Assembly (NCBI GenBank): GCA_002499585.1
Contig: DAMH01000027.1
Location: 215,983 to 279,982 of the forward strand
DNA length: 64,000 bases
Direction of reading: 5' to 3'
Source of the DNA: Euryarchaeota archaeon UBA552
Lineage (GTDB): Archaea; Thermoplasmatota; Poseidoniia; Poseidoniales; Thalassarchaeaceae
The notes beneath the pieces are model-generated. The model searched no databases. It was not told the DNA's origin and worked only from the letters and a program-made list of their open reading frames with translations. The translations under genes and the position numbers were made by a program. Below, piece after piece: positions 1-10,392 of this stretch. Position 1 is the first letter of the stretch. The number at the start of each line of letters is the position of its first letter.

Positions 1-446
1 ATTCGAGTGGCACCCTTCATTGTGTAACTGCAGACGGTCCGGTTTTGACCCACATGACCACTGTTGATGGAGGTCTGATTTGGAAGAATCAAACATATGA
101 CCTGTCATCTGCAGCAACAGAATTGGAAGAATGGGAGTTTCACTCCAGTGGCGTTCACGATCTGTTTGTACTGAATGTTAGGTATCAGTCCAGCACAGGA
201 CCTGATGTGGACATCTCATGGCACGTAAGAGACTATTCAGAGTCGATGATTCCTGATATTTGGACTAATCTTGGCCTAGGTGATCTAGACTCCACGAGTG
301 GCGCCGGCAATGACATCAGATTTGATTTCGCTTCAATGGGAATACTCCCAGATGGCGGTGCTGTCATTGCCTACCATGATTCAAGCGATCCAGACCCCCT
401 CTTTGCGGTCGAAACTCTCCTGCCTGTGAAGTACGGGGGCAACTGA
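1..446 (+). CDS. C-terminal part of an acidic, probably secreted protein (5' truncated by the window edge)
   Basis: Frame of ORF 45..446 is open back to position 3; D/E/S/T-rich beta-type sequence; stop TGA at 446. Confidence 0.7.
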   Translation, partial: SSGTLHCVTADGPVLTHMTTVDGGLIWKNQTYDLSSAATELEEWEFHSSGVHDLFVLNVRYQSSTGPDVDISWHVRDYSESMIPDIWTNLGLGDLDSTSGAGNDIRFDFASMGILPDGGAVIAYHDSSDPDPLFAVETLLPVKYGGN

Positions 447-492
447 CCAGGTAGGGAAAAAGTGACAAGTCTGGGCTTGCATTAGCACCATT

Positions 493-1221
493 GTGGAAGT
501 CCTAATCCTTGTTGCTTTTTCATCATTTATTGCGGCTGCGCTCACAGTTCCAGCGGGATTCGGCCTCTCGACAATGATTACGCCCATTGTGCTTCTGCTG
601 ATGCCTCCACATGAAGCAATTGCTGTGGTGGCACTGGTCCATGCGGCCCACAATGGTGCAAAATGCATCTCGATGAGGGACAGTATTGAATACCCAGCGA
701 TCAAAAGATACGGAGTTTGGCTGATTCTCGGAGCTATTATTGGTGCAGGCTTACAGGGATATGTGCCACAAGATCCGCTCTTGGCCATCATTGGAATTTT
801 TCTAGTCGTACTGCCCATTCTTGGCATCTCAGAAAAGTGGACCGGTTATCGGATACCCGAGGCCAATGACAGGTTCGGAGGTTTTGGTTCTGGTTTTATG
901 GGCGGATTGTCTGGTCACCAGGGTGCGCTGAGGGCTATGTTCCTCGCCCGTCGTTTGCCTGACAAGATGTCCTATGCCGCGACAGCAAGCATCCTCGCGT
1001 TATGTGTTGACCTCTCTAGATTGCCTGTGTATTTATTTTACAGGCCAAATATCTTCGTCGAAAACTGGTCTTTTGCATTGGTATTGGTCATATCGGCAGT
1101 GCTTGGAGCGAGATTAGGGAAAATCTGGCTAAATTCACTAAAAACAGATTTTGTGAATAAATTTGTCACGATTGGGATCATAGCCAGTGGAGCGTATTAT
1201 ATCCACATGTCTCTAGCCTGA
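493..1221 (+). CDS. Sulfite exporter TauE/SafE (TSUP) family membrane protein
   Basis: Multiple hydrophobic helices; AGFG and GFMGGLSGHQG motifs typical of TSUP; GTG start. Confidence 0.8.
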   Translation: MEVLILVAFSSFIAAALTVPAGFGLSTMITPIVLLLMPPHEAIAVVALVHAAHNGAKCISMRDSIEYPAIKRYGVWLILGAIIGAGLQGYVPQDPLLAIIGIFLVVLPILGISEKWTGYRIPEANDRFGGFGSGFMGGLSGHQGALRAMFLARRLPDKMSYAATASILALCVDLSRLPVYLFYRPNIFVENWSFALVLVISAVLGARLGKIWLNSLKTDFVNKFVTIGIIASGAYYIHMSLA

Positions 1222-1274
1222 ATGATTGCAAACCGAGCCTTTTTGTTTCATTTCTCCACTTCAGACTAAATAAG

Positions 1275-2621
1275 ATGAGCGATTTGAACTTGCTGAGGAA
1301 TAGGTTGGTTCGATTTTCAGATATAGGAGTCGAGCCTAAATTGGTCAGTGCTCTGAAGAATGTTGGCATTGTGGAGCCTTTCGAGGTACAGAAGGAGTCG
1401 ATACCAGACATTTTGCTTGGGAGAGATGTTTGTTGTAGGGCTCCCACGGGTTCAGGAAAAACTCTCGCGTTCGGCTTGCCACTGTTGTCTAATACGAAAA
1501 AAAGTAAGCCGAAACGGCCGACTTCATTGATACTTACACCAACACGAGAGTTGGCCGAACAAATACGTGTTGTCCTTGCTCCTCTAGCTGGAGTCCAGGG
1601 GCATCGCGTGATGACAATATACGGCGGAAGCCCGTACAAAGGTCAAATTGGGAAGTTGCGGAGAGGAATTGAAATTGTAGTTGCATGTCCGGGACGCCTT
1701 ATCGACCTGACACAGAAGAAGGCATTGAATCTAAATGATGTCGATATCGTTGTCATTGATGAGGCCGACAGAATGGCCGACATGGGTTTCATGGACCCAG
1801 TTTGCGAGATTCTCGACATGTGCAATGGAGATCGTCAGACGGTATTGTTCAGTGCGACCTTAGATGATGATGTCAAGGGATTAGTAGACAAATACCAAGT
1901 GAACCCAGTAAGAATCGAAGTGGGCCCCGAGGAAGTTCGGATGGATACTATGGCGCATTATTTCTGGAAAGTTGGAGCCCACGACAAATCAATACTTGCG
2001 AACCACATATCTCAGACCTGCGGGTCTGTGATAGTTTTCTGCAAGACTCGCGCGGGAGTGGACAGACTTGGGGATCAGTTGATTGGAATGGGTTCTTCGG
2101 TAACTACGTTGCACGGTGGAATGAATCAAAAACAAAGGGACAGGTCGATGAGGAGGTTCGGCTCACAAGGCGCAACTACACTGATTGCAACGGATGTTGC
2201 ATCCAGGGGGATTGACATAGAGGGCATAAATTGTGTATTGCACTTCGATCCACCAGAAAATGGCAAGGCATACAAGCACAGAAGTGGAAGGACCGCCAGG
2301 GCTGGCTCGAAAGGAATCGTGATTTCATTCGTTCAGAAATCCCAAGTCAGATTTTACAAAAAAATTCAAAGAAGTGTTGGAATAAACCAAGAAATAAAAG
2401 AGGCCAAACCCGAATCTCTTGATGATGCTTTCCAAATAATAGAGTCTGGAGTCAAAAGGAAGGAAAATAGACGAGTGAAAACCAGAGGAAATGCTAGATA
2501 TCCGAAAAAACGTACACGAAGGAGGAGGAATTCAGAGGCGATGCAGGGGCAAAAGAACGTCAGAAGGCCAAAATCAAAATCAGGTAAGAATCGGAACAGA
2601 AGACCTCGTGGTCGTAAGTGA
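1275..2621 (+). CDS. DEAD-box RNA helicase with basic C-terminal tail
   Basis: Q motif (PFEVQ), APTGSGKT, PTRELA, DEAD, SAT, HRSGRTAR; K/R-rich tail. Confidence 0.95.
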   Translation: MSDLNLLRNRLVRFSDIGVEPKLVSALKNVGIVEPFEVQKESIPDILLGRDVCCRAPTGSGKTLAFGLPLLSNTKKSKPKRPTSLILTPTRELAEQIRVVLAPLAGVQGHRVMTIYGGSPYKGQIGKLRRGIEIVVACPGRLIDLTQKKALNLNDVDIVVIDEADRMADMGFMDPVCEILDMCNGDRQTVLFSATLDDDVKGLVDKYQVNPVRIEVGPEEVRMDTMAHYFWKVGAHDKSILANHISQTCGSVIVFCKTRAGVDRLGDQLIGMGSSVTTLHGGMNQKQRDRSMRRFGSQGATTLIATDVASRGIDIEGINCVLHFDPPENGKAYKHRSGRTARAGSKGIVISFVQKSQVRFYKKIQRSVGINQEIKEAKPESLDDAFQIIESGVKRKENRRVKTRGNARYPKKRTRRRRNSEAMQGQKNVRRPKSKSGKNRNRRPRGRK

Positions 2622-2672
2622 GTATTACTTAACATCAGAGATGTTAAATTTGATTTCAATCGGCGAATAATC

Positions 2673-2864
2673 ATGGCTGACTGGATCAAAGTGGTAACGG
2701 AGATAGGAACGACTCGGATAAGGCTCAAATCGATATGCGCCTATCAAATAAATGAGGATGCATCGAAGCTGTTGATCTACACAAAAGATAATTCTCTATT
2801 CCAGATTTCTGAAGACGTTGAAGATAAATTCAAGTTGCTAGATTCTGAGTTCAAGATCAAGTGA
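2673..2864 (+). CDS. Small hypothetical protein (63 aa)
   Basis: Fills the gap exactly, ATG start, protein-like composition; no recognisable motif. Confidence 0.55.
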   Translation: MADWIKVVTEIGTTRIRLKSICAYQINEDASKLLIYTKDNSLFQISEDVEDKFKLLDSEFKIK

Positions 2865-3482
2865 TTATCTCTTTTTGCCCAGTACCACAAGAGTGCCTTC
2901 CCAATCATCCTCTTTCCCGAATCTCAGGGTCTGAACCTCCACAAAGCCGGCTCGCACCATTCCGCTTTCCCATTGACTTTCGGACAGCGTGGCCAACTCT
3001 AACTTCAATGAGTCCGGCCAACCTAGACTGGGGGGATTCTCCCTGTAATGATCCACTCCAAAGACTAGCCAACCTCCTTTCTTCAACCAAGCATCATGGA
3101 TTGAAGAAAGAAAATCGAGTGGATTCTTCAAGTAGTACATGAATTCCATACTCATTACGAGATCTACCGGTTTTTCAGGGATCCATTTCGGTAGCATCCC
3201 ATGAAAGTAGTCACCCTGTGGGTGGATCAATTTAGCCTTGGATATCATGGTATCGGAACCGTCTACACCTGAGGCTGAGAGGCAACCAGATACACTCTGT
3301 AACTCCCTCACAGCCCATCCGTTCCCGCATCCAACGTCTATGGCTGAGAAATGGCCAGAAATCCTATCCTTGGCTAGTGAAATCATTTTTTTGACACTTT
3401 TTGAATGTCCTTTCTCCATCCCAACATCCCTTCCCTTCTCAGCCCATTCTGAAAACAAGTCTACAGCACGATGGTTGGACAT
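2865..3482 (-). CDS. Class I SAM-dependent methyltransferase
   Basis: IDVGCGNGW motif I, GVDGS motif II; ATG at 3482 preceded by GGTGA. Confidence 0.9.
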   Translation of the reverse strand: MSNHRAVDLFSEWAEKGRDVGMEKGHSKSVKKMISLAKDRISGHFSAIDVGCGNGWAVRELQSVSGCLSASGVDGSDTMISKAKLIHPQGDYFHGMLPKWIPEKPVDLVMSMEFMYYLKNPLDFLSSIHDAWLKKGGWLVFGVDHYRENPPSLGWPDSLKLELATLSESQWESGMVRAGFVEVQTLRFGKEDDWEGTLVVLGKKR

Positions 3483-3587
3483 GATTTCACCACGCAATTT
3501 GTATGTTTCATCAATATTTGGATATTTATACTTCCTATCAAAGGCGTTCTGAAGTTTTGCATGGATAGGAATTTTACTAGTTGAGTA

Positions 3588-4694
3588 TCAGAGGCAAAAT
3601 TCTGTCTCAGGCTGAATATTTGGGGTCGCGGGGGTCAATGACATCCATCTGAGAGGGTTGGCGAGAGTGTCGGTCCCGTTGATGTTCCATATCGCGCCTC
3701 TTGCCAAAGACTGCGCATCCTCAAGTGCTTCTCCGACAGTATTGACAGGAGCACAAGGAATTCCAAGAAGTATTTCCTCCCAATGGCTGCGATTGTTTTG
3801 GATGAATATATCAGCTAAAATTGTCTCAATTTTTGCCCTGTGAAGGATTCTACCTTCGTTTTTTGACCATTCCTCATTCATTTCCAACCCCAATATATCT
3901 GATGTCCTTTTCCACTGATCGTCACTGCCAACAGCAAGAACGAACCAACCATCCGATGCCTGAAACGCCCTGTACGGGACAAGGTTTGGGTGGGCACTGG
4001 CCATTGGGAGCGGGTCTTTTTTTGTGGTGAGTTGGTTTTGAGCTTGGTTCACCAGAGCGGCGATGGCACAGTCCCACAGGCTGATATCTATTCTTTGTCC
4101 GAGGCCTGTTCTTTCTCTGTGGAAAAGGGCTGCCATGATTGCCGTGGTAGCCTGTAAACCGGTGATCACGTCTATCCAAGCGACTCCAACTTTCACTGGA
4201 GGTCTGTTCGGTTCGCCAGTTATCGACATAATCCCAGATCTTGCCTGAATCGACAAATCATATCCGGGCTCCGAATTCCTAGGTCCGGTTGCTCCAAATC
4301 CGGATATGGAACACAAAATTTGATTCTCTGAAATCTCGTCGGCAAAACGCCTGAATGTGCCTGGTCGGAAGTTCTCAATTATGACGTCGGATTGCTTTAT
4401 CAGGCTGTTCAACTTGTCCCTCTCTTCTTTGAAGTTCATCCTGATGATTTGTTTACCTCGATTGCAGGACAAAAAGTAAGCTGCCACTCTTCCACCGGTG
4501 AAGTCATTGGTGAATGGTGGGCCCCATTTTCTAGTATCATCCCCCCATGGCGCTTCAATTTTCAATACATCCGCGCCCAAATCAGCAAGGTTTTGTGCCG
4601 CATATGGGCCTGCTAAAACCCTCGATAAATCGAGCACCTTAATTCCGTTCAAGACTCGCTCCATGAGCGGTCCGAGAGTGGTCCTATCATTCAA
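3588..4694 (-). CDS. CaiB/BaiF family III CoA-transferase
   Basis: VLDLSRVLAGP, LGADVLKIE, NRGK, ENFRPG, GYD motifs; 4-bp overlap with the ileS stop. Confidence 0.93.
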   Translation of the reverse strand: MNDRTTLGPLMERVLNGIKVLDLSRVLAGPYAAQNLADLGADVLKIEAPWGDDTRKWGPPFTNDFTGGRVAAYFLSCNRGKQIIRMNFKEERDKLNSLIKQSDVIIENFRPGTFRRFADEISENQILCSISGFGATGPRNSEPGYDLSIQARSGIMSITGEPNRPPVKVGVAWIDVITGLQATTAIMAALFHRERTGLGQRIDISLWDCAIAALVNQAQNQLTTKKDPLPMASAHPNLVPYRAFQASDGWFVLAVGSDDQWKRTSDILGLEMNEEWSKNEGRILHRAKIETILADIFIQNNRSHWEEILLGIPCAPVNTVGEALEDAQSLARGAIWNINGTDTLANPLRWMSLTPATPNIQPETEFCL

Positions 4695-7600
4695 TGCTCG
4701 GACGGAACCACGGAGTATCCGATCATAATTCCATCCAATTCGAAATTTGAGTCTGTGCTTGTTGGGTCCTCGGAGATCACTCCATTACTCGTCCTAGTTT
4801 CTGATAAGATGTGAAACCAATCCTCTTCTGCAAGAGCAGGGCTACCCGGTGATAGAGCGATTTCGAGGGAAATTTCTGCTTCTATCCTCAGATTGAGTTC
4901 CTTCCTCTTTGCCTGAACACGTCTGATGATGTCCCTTGCGAGCCCTTTTGACATGAGGTCGGGATCCATTGACATGTCCAATACGAGAGTGACGTCTTTC
5001 TCGTCGACTTCAATTGTCATAGCCGCATAACCGTCTTTCTCGACCCTTCTTACCTCCACGTCATCTGGGGTAATCTTGTAACCTGATAGGTAGGCGATGC
5101 CAGCTTGTATTTCAATTAGAAAATGATCCGGTTCAACTTCTGATAATTCCGAGAGTACGGCTGGAAGGTCATTCGTACATTTTTTCCCGAGATTTCTCCT
5201 GTTAGGTCTGATCTCTATTTTTTGAAATCTTTCCAAGTCCGTTTCTTTTTCCAGAGAGATGACATTCAATTCCTCAGAGAGTATTTCCGAAAGTTCACCT
5301 AGATCTACGTCTGAAATTATCCAACCCTTCCTACACGGGAGTCTCTGTCGCCTAGCTGATTCCACCCTTATTCTCCGTCCCGTCTCAGCTAAACTCCGAA
5401 CCAAATTCATTTTGGCTTCTATTGTAAGATCACGGACCGGCAGTGATGGGGCGATAAGTTCAGACCCTGAAGGCCAATCGGCATGGTGTACAGATGTCCC
5501 TGTCAGATCTCGGTGAATTTTATCCGACATGAACGGAGAAATGGGGGCAATTAACCTAGATACCAATATTAGAGTCTCTCTCAAAGTGTGGTGGCAACAT
5601 GCTTTGTCCTCACTTTCAGATTCGTCCCAGAGTCTTCTTCTCGACCTTCGTACGTACCAATTTGACAAATCATCGACTACAAATCGCTCGATCTCTCTGC
5701 CCGCTTTGTGAAAATCCCATGCTTTGAAGAGGGAGTTAACAGTGCTTGAAGTGGCACTTGCCTGAGATAGAATCCACCTATCAAGTGAGGGTCTGTTCTG
5801 TATGTCTGGGGGTTTTGAGATGTTACTTTTCCCGAACGAGTCTAACTCCGCATAGTCTGCATGGAATCTGTACACATTCCAGAGTGTCAGGAACATTCTT
5901 GCGTAGGAATCACGCACTCCGCTGGGATCGAAATTAGTGGGTTGCCAAGGTGAACTCTGTGTGGTCATGTACCACCTGATTGCATCAGCTCCTTCCAGAT
6001 TGAAATGGTCCCAAGGATTCACAACATTGCCTCGAGATTTGCTCATTTTCTTGCCATCCTTGTCAAGGATATGCCCCAAAGAAAGGCAACTCCTGTAAGT
6101 TGGCTTCTCAAATACAGTGGCCCCTACTGCGAGTAGAGAGTAGAACCATCCTCTTGTTTGATCAACTGCCTCACAGATGTAGTCGACTGGGAATGATTCC
6201 TCGAATTTTTCATTGTTTTCGAACGGATAATGCCATTGAGCAAATGAAGCGCAGCCGGAGTCGAACCAACAATCCATGACGTATTTTTCTCTTAGCATCA
6301 CGCCGCTACATCCGCTACTCGGGCAGTTAAGTTTTACATCATCCACGAATGGCCTGTGAAGCTCAGCGGGCATTCCCGAGTCATCTGTCAGCATAGATTC
6401 CATTTCCTTCCGACTGCCTATGCAGTGTTCCAAGCCGCACTCTTGACATATCCAGACCGGAAGAGGGGTGCCCCAGTACCTTTCTCGGCTGATAGCCCAA
6501 TCTTTTAGGTTGGAAAGCCACTCGCCCATTCTTCCGGTTCCAGTGGAAGGTGGGGCCCACTCAACAGAGTCATTGTATTTCAGAATAGTATCCCGTACAG
6601 CGGTCATGCGAACGAACCAACTGTCCATGGCATAGTACAACAGAGGATGATCGGTTCGCCAACAATGTGGGTAATCGTGAGTATACTCCTGCTCTCTGTA
6701 TAGCGCGGAACACTCGTGGAGGAAATTGATTATTGTGTCGTCGCATTCCTTGACGTACCTACCGTCAAGATCTGGGTGTGTTCCAGATATGAAACAACCA
6801 TCCATTCCAACGGTGTGCTGAGCAGGAAAGCCACAAGCCATCCCCAAATTGTAATCATCTTCCCCATACATAACCGCGGTATGGACTATACCAGTGCCAT
6901 CTGTTGTCGTGACGAAATCCGCTGTCACAACTGTCCAAGCTGAGGGAGCGCCTTTGCCGTTAATTGCCCCTGGGAACAATGGCTCATATTTTGCCCCCCT
7001 TAGGTCGTGACCTTTCATTTCGGAAATAATCTCGACCTGATGCCTTAGAACGTGGCTCATCAGTTCCTTGGCCAGAATTAGTTCCTCTCCGACTTCCGCA
7101 AAACCGCGTCCTTCCCACTTACCAGAGGGGGGTTTGAGCACCCTGACTCTGACGTAATCCACATCTGGCCCGACAGCAAGTCCTACATTTCCGGGGAGGG
7201 TCCATGGTGTAGTAGTCCATGCAAGGATGGATGCATTATCGTCGATGAGTTTGAATTTTACAAAGACAGACGGTTCAGAGACTTCCTTGTATCCAAGGGC
7301 TACCTCATGGCTGGAGTAAGATGTTCCAGTCTGAGGGCAATACGGCAAAACCTTGTGTCCCCGGAACAATAGTCCTTTGTCGTGCATTTGTTTAAGAGAC
7401 CACCATGCTGATTCTATGTAATCGTCCTCTAGTGTGACGTAGGGGTCATCCATGTCTACCCAGAACCCCATCCTCTCGGTCATCTCTCGCCATGCCTGTT
7501 CGTAGGTCCAGACGCTCTCTTTGCACGCCTCATTGAATTTCCTGATCCCGTATTTTTCAATTGCCTCGTTGGACATTAGATCCAGTTTTTTTTGCACCTC

Positions 7601-7885
7601 TATTTCTACTGGAAGTCCATGGGTGTCCCACCCAGCCTTCCTTTCAACCACGTAACCCTGCATAGTTTTCCATCTGCAAACCATGTCTTTGTACAATCTG
7701 GAAAGGACGTGGTGTATCCCTGGTTTTCCGTTCGCCGTCGGAGGGCCTTCAAGGAATGTGAATGCAGTTCCCAATTCCCTCCTAGCATCTATGGATGATT
7801 CGAAACTCCCCTCATCATTCCAGACTTGGATGATTTGATTTTCAAGATGTACCGGGTCTAACTTTCCGCCTTGATCGGATTCCAT
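4691..7885 (-). CDS. ileS: Isoleucine--tRNA ligase (IleRS2-like)
   Basis: EGPPTANGKPGIHH, GWDTHGLP, WTTTPWTLP, GTGIVH, WAISRERYWG, DQTRGWF, KMSKS. Confidence 0.97.
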   Translation of the reverse strand: MESDQGGKLDPVHLENQIIQVWNDEGSFESSIDARRELGTAFTFLEGPPTANGKPGIHHVLSRLYKDMVCRWKTMQGYVVERKAGWDTHGLPVEIEVQKKLDLMSNEAIEKYGIRKFNEACKESVWTYEQAWREMTERMGFWVDMDDPYVTLEDDYIESAWWSLKQMHDKGLLFRGHKVLPYCPQTGTSYSSHEVALGYKEVSEPSVFVKFKLIDDNASILAWTTTPWTLPGNVGLAVGPDVDYVRVRVLKPPSGKWEGRGFAEVGEELILAKELMSHVLRHQVEIISEMKGHDLRGAKYEPLFPGAINGKGAPSAWTVVTADFVTTTDGTGIVHTAVMYGEDDYNLGMACGFPAQHTVGMDGCFISGTHPDLDGRYVKECDDTIINFLHECSALYREQEYTHDYPHCWRTDHPLLYYAMDSWFVRMTAVRDTILKYNDSVEWAPPSTGTGRMGEWLSNLKDWAISRERYWGTPLPVWICQECGLEHCIGSRKEMESMLTDDSGMPAELHRPFVDDVKLNCPSSGCSGVMLREKYVMDCWFDSGCASFAQWHYPFENNEKFEESFPVDYICEAVDQTRGWFYSLLAVGATVFEKPTYRSCLSLGHILDKDGKKMSKSRGNVVNPWDHFNLEGADAIRWYMTTQSSPWQPTNFDPSGVRDSYARMFLTLWNVYRFHADYAELDSFGKSNISKPPDIQNRPSLDRWILSQASATSSTVNSLFKAWDFHKAGREIERFVVDDLSNWYVRRSRRRLWDESESEDKACCHHTLRETLILVSRLIAPISPFMSDKIHRDLTGTSVHHADWPSGSELIAPSLPVRDLTIEAKMNLVRSLAETGRRIRVESARRQRLPCRKGWIISDVDLGELSEILSEELNVISLEKETDLERFQKIEIRPNRRNLGKKCTNDLPAVLSELSEVEPDHFLIEIQAGIAYLSGYKITPDDVEVRRVEKDGYAAMTIEVDEKDVTLVLDMSMDPDLMSKGLARDIIRRVQAKRKELNLRIEAEISLEIALSPGSPALAEEDWFHILSETRTSNGVISEDPTSTDSNFELDGIMIGYSVVPSEH

Positions 7886-7995
7886 TGGGCATCCGACCCG
7901 GGCAGGTCATTTCAATGTCGCCCGACAATCGCCTAATTTGAAAATAGGAGCATCTGAGACAACAGTCCATTAGTGCCCTAGTTTTCCCGCGGGAT

Positions 7996-8775
7996 ATGGT
8001 GGCTAACGCCGATTTAGGAGCCTCTATATCGAAATGGATAAAACAGTATGCAAAGTCAAATGACATTGATTCGCTGATCATCGGCGTCTCGGGCGGTATA
8101 GACTCAGCAGTAACATCCACACTTTGTGCCATGACGGGATTGCAGACGATTGTCATTAACATGCCCATAAACCAAAATGATGGTCAATTCGACCTCTCAA
8201 AAAAGCACATAGAATGGCTAAAATCTAATTGGCCAAATGTCAGAGGAGAAATGGTAGACTTAACCTCAACTTACGAGGATTTTACTCAAAAAGCAGTTGG
8301 ACATCTAGAAATTTCTCCAATCGCACTGGCCAACACTCGAGCCAGACTTAGAATGACTACCCTGTACGCAATTTCTGCATCCAACAACGGCATAGTCGTG
8401 GGCACAGGAAATAAAGTGGAAGATTTCGGAGTGGGTTTCTACACCAAATATGGTGACGGAGGAGTAGATATCTCTCCTATCGCTGATTTGCTAAAATCTG
8501 AAGTCTACGGTCTTGCGAATAGACTGAACATTATCCAAGAAATCCGTGATGCGCAGCCTACTGACGGGCTATGGGACGACGGGAGGACGGACTCGGATCA
8601 GATTGGGGCTACATATGATGAACTAGAATGGGCAATGAAACAACACCAGTCTGATAAACATGGAGCCCTTACAAAAAGGCAAGAAGAGATCATGGAAATT
8701 TACCTGAAGTTCAACAGAATGAACTCGCACAAGATGAACCCGATTCCCATATTCAAAAAAGATGAAAATTGTTAA
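7996..8775 (+). CDS. nadE: NH3-dependent NAD+ synthetase
   Basis: GVSGGIDS, NTRARLRM, GTGNKVE, TKYGDG, PIADLLK, PTDGLW. Confidence 0.95.
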   Translation: MVANADLGASISKWIKQYAKSNDIDSLIIGVSGGIDSAVTSTLCAMTGLQTIVINMPINQNDGQFDLSKKHIEWLKSNWPNVRGEMVDLTSTYEDFTQKAVGHLEISPIALANTRARLRMTTLYAISASNNGIVVGTGNKVEDFGVGFYTKYGDGGVDISPIADLLKSEVYGLANRLNIIQEIRDAQPTDGLWDDGRTDSDQIGATYDELEWAMKQHQSDKHGALTKRQEEIMEIYLKFNRMNSHKMNPIPIFKKDENC

Positions 8776-8813
8776 TCTTCGTGATGCGTTGCGACCTCCG
8801 GGGATGCACTGGA

Positions 8814-9356
8814 ATGGCTAGGAAAGTCGAGGAGCCAGAATACGATGTATTGGTTAGGCACGGCGAATTTGAGGTTCGAAGGTATTCAGATATGATACAA
8901 GCGAGATTGTCTGTGGATAGGAATAATGAATTCAAGCCATCCCACTCATTCAGAAGAATTGCAGGATACATTTTCGGTGGGAACGCCAACTCTACGAGGA
9001 TACCAATGACCTCGCCTGTACAAATTTGGCACTCTGGGACGTATTCCACGATGGCATTCACAATGCCAAGTTTCCTCTCAGAAGAAGATCTTCCTCATCC
9101 GAATGATGAAGACATCCAAATCACAGCAGTCCCAGCGGGTGAGGTGGCAGCGATCAAATTCTCAGGTTTTTCTAACAGATCTAAGGTCTCAAGATTGATG
9201 CAAAAAATTATTCATTTGACTGAAAAAAAAGGGTATATCGGACGGAATGAGCCGATCCTGGCAATTTATGATAATCCAAGCACGACAATTCCTTTCCTCA
9301 GGAGGAATGAGATTTTACTGCCCCTGGAAAACACCGGCGGTGGGACAATTGAATAG
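8814..9356 (+). CDS. SOUL family heme-binding protein
   Basis: EEPEYDVL, FEVRRY, FRRIAGYIFGGN, IPMTSPV, MAFTMP, RRNEI; ATG at 8814 avoids overlap with nadE. Confidence 0.9.
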   Translation: MARKVEEPEYDVLVRHGEFEVRRYSDMIQARLSVDRNNEFKPSHSFRRIAGYIFGGNANSTRIPMTSPVQIWHSGTYSTMAFTMPSFLSEEDLPHPNDEDIQITAVPAGEVAAIKFSGFSNRSKVSRLMQKIIHLTEKKGYIGRNEPILAIYDNPSTTIPFLRRNEILLPLENTGGGTIE

Positions 9357-10083
9357 CAGTCTGAAGATAACAGGGGTAGCGGCTATCTCAGAGGCTTTGG
9401 ACCAGAAGAAGCCAGTCACGAGGATATTGATTCAGAGGGGTTACTCATCAGAACCTCTGAAGATTATGAAGGAGAAGGCCTTGCTTATGGGAATCACCAC
9501 CATAGAAGGTTCTGAGAATGACCTGAGGAGGATGAGTGATCTCCCATTTGACTCAACCCCCCCAGTTGCACTAGGCTTATTGGAAAGAGATCCGGATGCT
9601 GATGTACACGAGATAATGCTCTCAAAGGGGATTATTTGGTTACTAGCCGGCGCACAATATCCGGTGAACATCGGTTATGCCATCAGAACAGTGGAGGTTA
9701 GTGGGGGTTCCGCTGTATTTGTGGATGCAAAACTCAACTCCGATGGTAGAAAGGCGTCCCACAGGGCCTCGATGAAAGCTGACAGGTTCATTCCGGTAAA
9801 GTGGATGAATTGGGAGGAGTCTATTGCGTTGGCCAAGAGACATGAATACACCGTCATCGGGATCGAGGACTCGGGATCCACTGAACCATGGGACGCAGAT
9901 CTTTCTGCCCCCTGCATGCTTGTTATCGGAGGTGAGCGCCATGGAATTCCGGAACAGCTATTGAATGAGTGTGATCTTGTGGTTAGAGTTCCAATGGGCG
10001 GTTTCCTACCTTCGTATAATCTCCAGGCACCCTTGGCAGTTGTTGCTACCGAGGCATTGAGGCAAAAGAGGACGAATGTTTGA
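9349..10083 (+). CDS. TrmH/SpoU (SPOUT) RNA 2'-O-methyltransferase
   Basis: PVNIGYAIRT, LVIGGERHG, VPMGG..SYN motifs; likely TTG start at 9349 coupled to the upstream stop. Confidence 0.88.
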   Translation: MNSSLKITGVAAISEALDQKKPVTRILIQRGYSSEPLKIMKEKALLMGITTIEGSENDLRRMSDLPFDSTPPVALGLLERDPDADVHEIMLSKGIIWLLAGAQYPVNIGYAIRTVEVSGGSAVFVDAKLNSDGRKASHRASMKADRFIPVKWMNWEESIALAKRHEYTVIGIEDSGSTEPWDADLSAPCMLVIGGERHGIPEQLLNECDLVVRVPMGGFLPSYNLQAPLAVVATEALRQKRTNV

Positions 10084-10107
10084 AAGAAGAAGCGTGATCG
10101 GGCAGCC

Positions 10108-10392
10108 ATGGGGAAGATAAGCAAGGTGTTTTCTTTGCTGATGATTCTGTTAGGCGGAATCCTGGTTTTGGCATGGGCAGGCACTGGTTACGCCATCGGC
10201 CTCTACGAAGAAGGAATTGAGGAAAATTGCGACTCCTCTGTTGGCACCCTGGCCCAGATCACCGACTGGGACGATGGGAGATGTGACGACGCCAGGGAAG
10301 ATAAGGAGGCATTGGAGCGCTACCGTCCGCTGGCTGGAGTTGCTGGATCCTTATTCGTTGGGTTGGGGTTGATAGTACTCTTCAGGACCTAG
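10108..10392 (+). CDS. Small two-TM membrane protein
   Basis: Two hydrophobic helices flanking an acidic loop with two Cys. Confidence 0.65.
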   Translation: MGKISKVFSLLMILLGGILVLAWAGTGYAIGLYEEGIEENCDSSVGTLAQITDWDDGRCDDAREDKEALERYRPLAGVAGSLFVGLGLIVLFRT

